NCBI GenBank assembly: GCA_048189345.1
Contig: DBEZGO010000044.1
Location: 457-64,456, forward strand
Length of the DNA: 64,000 bases
From: Collinsella sp.
Lineage (GTDB): Bacteria; Actinomycetota; Coriobacteriia; Coriobacteriales; Coriobacteriaceae
Direction: 5' to 3'
The notes beneath the pieces were generated by a model. The model searched no databases and was not told where the DNA came from. It was given only the letters and a program-made list of their open reading frames with translations. Shown piece by piece: positions 61,843-64,000 of this stretch (the first letter of the stretch is position 1; every line of letters begins with the position of its first letter). A program made the translations under genes and the position numbers.

Positions 61843-62098
61843 CCGAATTGGAAACGGTCCTCGCAAGGGGACTGTTTTTGTTTGGGCCCGGTGCATGGGA
61901 TTCGGACCCGCCAGGGTGCGGAGCTGAGGAAACGCGAAGCGTTTTCCAGCGCAGCACGCGAGGGCCGTAGGCCCGAAGCGAAAGCGGGCGGCGTCAGCCG
62001 CACGCGACACCCCTCATCGCCCACCATTGAGTTGGAAACGGTCCTCGAAAGGGGACCGTTTTTGTTTGGGCCCATTTCATGGGATTCGAACCCGCCAG
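61827..62098 (+). repeat. 88-bp imperfect direct repeat starting in the tRNA-Val 3' end (61827-61914 and 62011-62098)
   Basis: CCCTCATCGCCCACCA..GGAAACGGTCCTCG..GGGAC..TTTTTGTTTGGGCCC..ATGGGATTCG.ACCCGCCAG occurs twice, 184 bp apart. Confidence 0.88.
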
Positions 62099-62451
62099 CA
62101 CGTCTGTCACAAAGGCCGTGGCCAAATAATGGCAAAAATGAGTACTGCTACTTTGCTTGCAACATATAAAAAGATAGCGTTTGCGTAAGTTACGCAATAT
62201 ATGTCCATTATAAGGACTAACAGTTAGATCACAATCGTGCATTCATCGCCATTTCGACTTGCTATCTGGCCTTATTAGTCCAAAATTGCTGCTACCAAAT
62301 CGGTAGCAGTACTCATATTTAATGTTTTTTGACCAGCGGGTCTCCCTGCCTTAGCAAATCTAAGGCAAAACGGGCTCCAGACCGCTGAATCATGCCACAT
62401 AGGGCACGCTCGCAGTCCGGAACCCGGTCCAAATTGAGTTATTGCGCCGCG

Positions 62452-63735
62452 TTAGACCAAGACACCCGACAGGATCTCGATCAGACTGTCCACGTCGGCT
62501 TCCTCGCAGACGAGCGGCGGCAAGAAACGCAGCGTATGAGCACCCGTAGCGTTAATCACGGCACCGGCGGCCAGCGCGCGGGCAACAATATCATGCGCGT
62601 CGCCCGCGGCATCATCCAAATCGCAGCCGAGCATCAGGCCACGGCCACGCACCTCTACCACATGCGGAAGTTTAGCCAGCGCCTGCTCCATATAGGCACC
62701 CACCTTGGCAGCATGGTCGGCATAATCGCCGCGCACGAGCGCGGAGAGCGTCGCGGCACACGCCGTGATGGCCAGGCAGCTACCGCCAAAGGTCGAGCCG
62801 TGGTCGCCCGGCTTAAACACGTCGGCAATCCCCTTCTTTGCCACGACGGCACCCATGGGCACGCCGTCGGCAATGCCCTTGGCAAGGCTCATGATGTCGG
62901 GCTCCACGCCATAGGTTTGGAACGCAAATGGCTTACCCGTGCGGAAGATACCGCACTGGACCTCGTCGGCGATAAGCACGGCGCCCACTTCGTGTGCCAG
63001 GTCGCGCGCTGCCGCCATAAACTCCTCGGTCATGGGGTGCACGCCACTCTCACCCTGGATCGGCTCGAGCATCACGGCACAAATCTCGCTCCCCAGCTGC
63101 TTAAAGATCGCACGCAGTTCATCGACATCGTTGGGCGTGCAGGCCACAAAGCCACCCGGCAGCGGGCGGAAGCTATCCTGCAGCCAATCCTGCATGGTGG
63201 CGGCAATGGTCTCGAGCGTACGGCCGTGGAAGCCGCCGCGCATGCACACGATGGTGTTGCCGCCATTACCGGCACGCTTGGCGTACAGGCGCGCGAGCTT
63301 CATCGAGCCCTCGTTGGCCTCGGCGCCAGAGTTGGCAAAGAAGGTCTCCCAAACCTGCTCATCCGCAGCCGGGGCACCAAGAGCAGCTGCCGTGGTCTCA
63401 TCGCCGGCGACAATGGCATCGGCAAGCACGCGCGCACCATCTACGTCGTCGTTAGCAAGCTTGGACAGCAGCGCCGCGACCTGTCCGCGCTGCTCAATGT
63501 AGAAGTAATTGGAGACATGCATGAGCTTTTTGGTCTGTGCCTCGAGCGCCGAGAGCACAGCCGGGTCGCCATGACCTAGGCTGCACACGCCGATACCGGC
63601 AAGAAAGTCGAGGTACTCACGGCCATCGTCGCCGGTGAGCTTCATGCCGTGACCCTCGACAAACTCGACCGGAGAGCGGCCAAAGGTATGCATAACGTAA
63701 TGGGATTCAAGCGATTGCTGAGCTGCAAGTGACAT
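62452..63735 (-). CDS. argD: Acetylornithine aminotransferase
   Basis: YLDFLAGIGV, NSGAEANE, FHGRT, EPIQGESG, DEVQCG, LAKG, HGSTFGG, LRFLPPL. Confidence 0.92.
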   Translation of the reverse strand: MSLAAQQSLESHYVMHTFGRSPVEFVEGHGMKLTGDDGREYLDFLAGIGVCSLGHGDPAVLSALEAQTKKLMHVSNYFYIEQRGQVAALLSKLANDDVDGARVLADAIVAGDETTAAALGAPAADEQVWETFFANSGAEANEGSMKLARLYAKRAGNGGNTIVCMRGGFHGRTLETIAATMQDWLQDSFRPLPGGFVACTPNDVDELRAIFKQLGSEICAVMLEPIQGESGVHPMTEEFMAAARDLAHEVGAVLIADEVQCGIFRTGKPFAFQTYGVEPDIMSLAKGIADGVPMGAVVAKKGIADVFKPGDHGSTFGGSCLAITACAATLSALVRGDYADHAAKVGAYMEQALAKLPHVVEVRGRGLMLGCDLDDAAGDAHDIVARALAAGAVINATGAHTLRFLPPLVCEEADVDSLIEILSGVLV

Positions 63736-63804
63736 GGGATGCCTTTCGTTGGGCGCCAGACGGCGCGGGGCTATGGGTGCAGGAATGGGGCGGCTGCGGG
63801 TCAG

Positions 63805-64000
63805 CTAGACCGTCTGAAGCTTCTCGACCTCGTCAAGGTTCTCGGTCAGACGCGCAGCAAACGTCGAAAGCGGATGCGGATGCGTATCGAACTCGTAAGC
63901 CGTCTCGGTGGAATGGATCACGGTGCCGACGCCGGCATCGGTCAGCAGCTCCAGGAGCAGCGAATGCGGCGTGGTGCCGTTGATGATGTGGGCGCGAAAT
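63805..64000 (-). CDS. argB: Acetylglutamate kinase, C-terminal part (starts beyond the window)
   Basis: Manual translation FRAHIINGTTPHSLLLELLTDAGVGT..; upstream of argD. Confidence 0.85.
   Translation of the reverse strand, partial: FRAHIINGTTPHSLLLELLTDAGVGTVIHSTETAYEFDTHPHPLSTFAARLTENLDEVEKLQTV

Overview
High-GC chromosomal window from an anaerobic coriobacterium. Gene content and order suggest Collinsella or a close relative (inference, not a database match). Most of it is housekeeping: asnS, rplA-rplK-nusG-secE-tRNA-Trp-rpmG, tuf with a Thr/Tyr/Thr/Met tRNA cluster, disA-ispD-ispF-cysS-rlmB-yacP, pepD, clpC, lysS-greA-tatA-tRNA-Pro-ispE-veg-dtd-rdgB-rph-murI, murE-asnB, tRNA-Val and argD/argB. 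Accessory or unusual parts: (i) a GH4/RpiR/PTS-EIICB sugar module whose transporter is split by a 1-nt homopolymer frameshift; (ii) a FeoA-FeoB fusion with tandem palindromic operator boxes; (iii) a coupled pair of a signal-peptide-less ParB/Srx-like::BMP nucleoside-binding fusion and a metallophosphoesterase, near a sortase-anchored 5'-nucleotidase, which is the best candidate here for an uncharacterised system; (iv) two HipA-family kinase loci, each with clear operator repeats; (v) a TetR-linked 1479-aa activase/dehydratase fusion with plasmalogen-synthase (Pls)-type architecture; (vi) a yybP-ykoY riboswitch before mntP; (vii) non-coding repeats: two arrays of alternating inverted repeats (62-bp and ~80-bp periods), a stop-codon-abutting GGGACAGG REP-like family, and a duplication of the tRNA-Val 3' end. 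No CRISPR array, cas gene, transposase, integrase or rRNA was seen. All calls come from motif recognition by eye; no searches were run.
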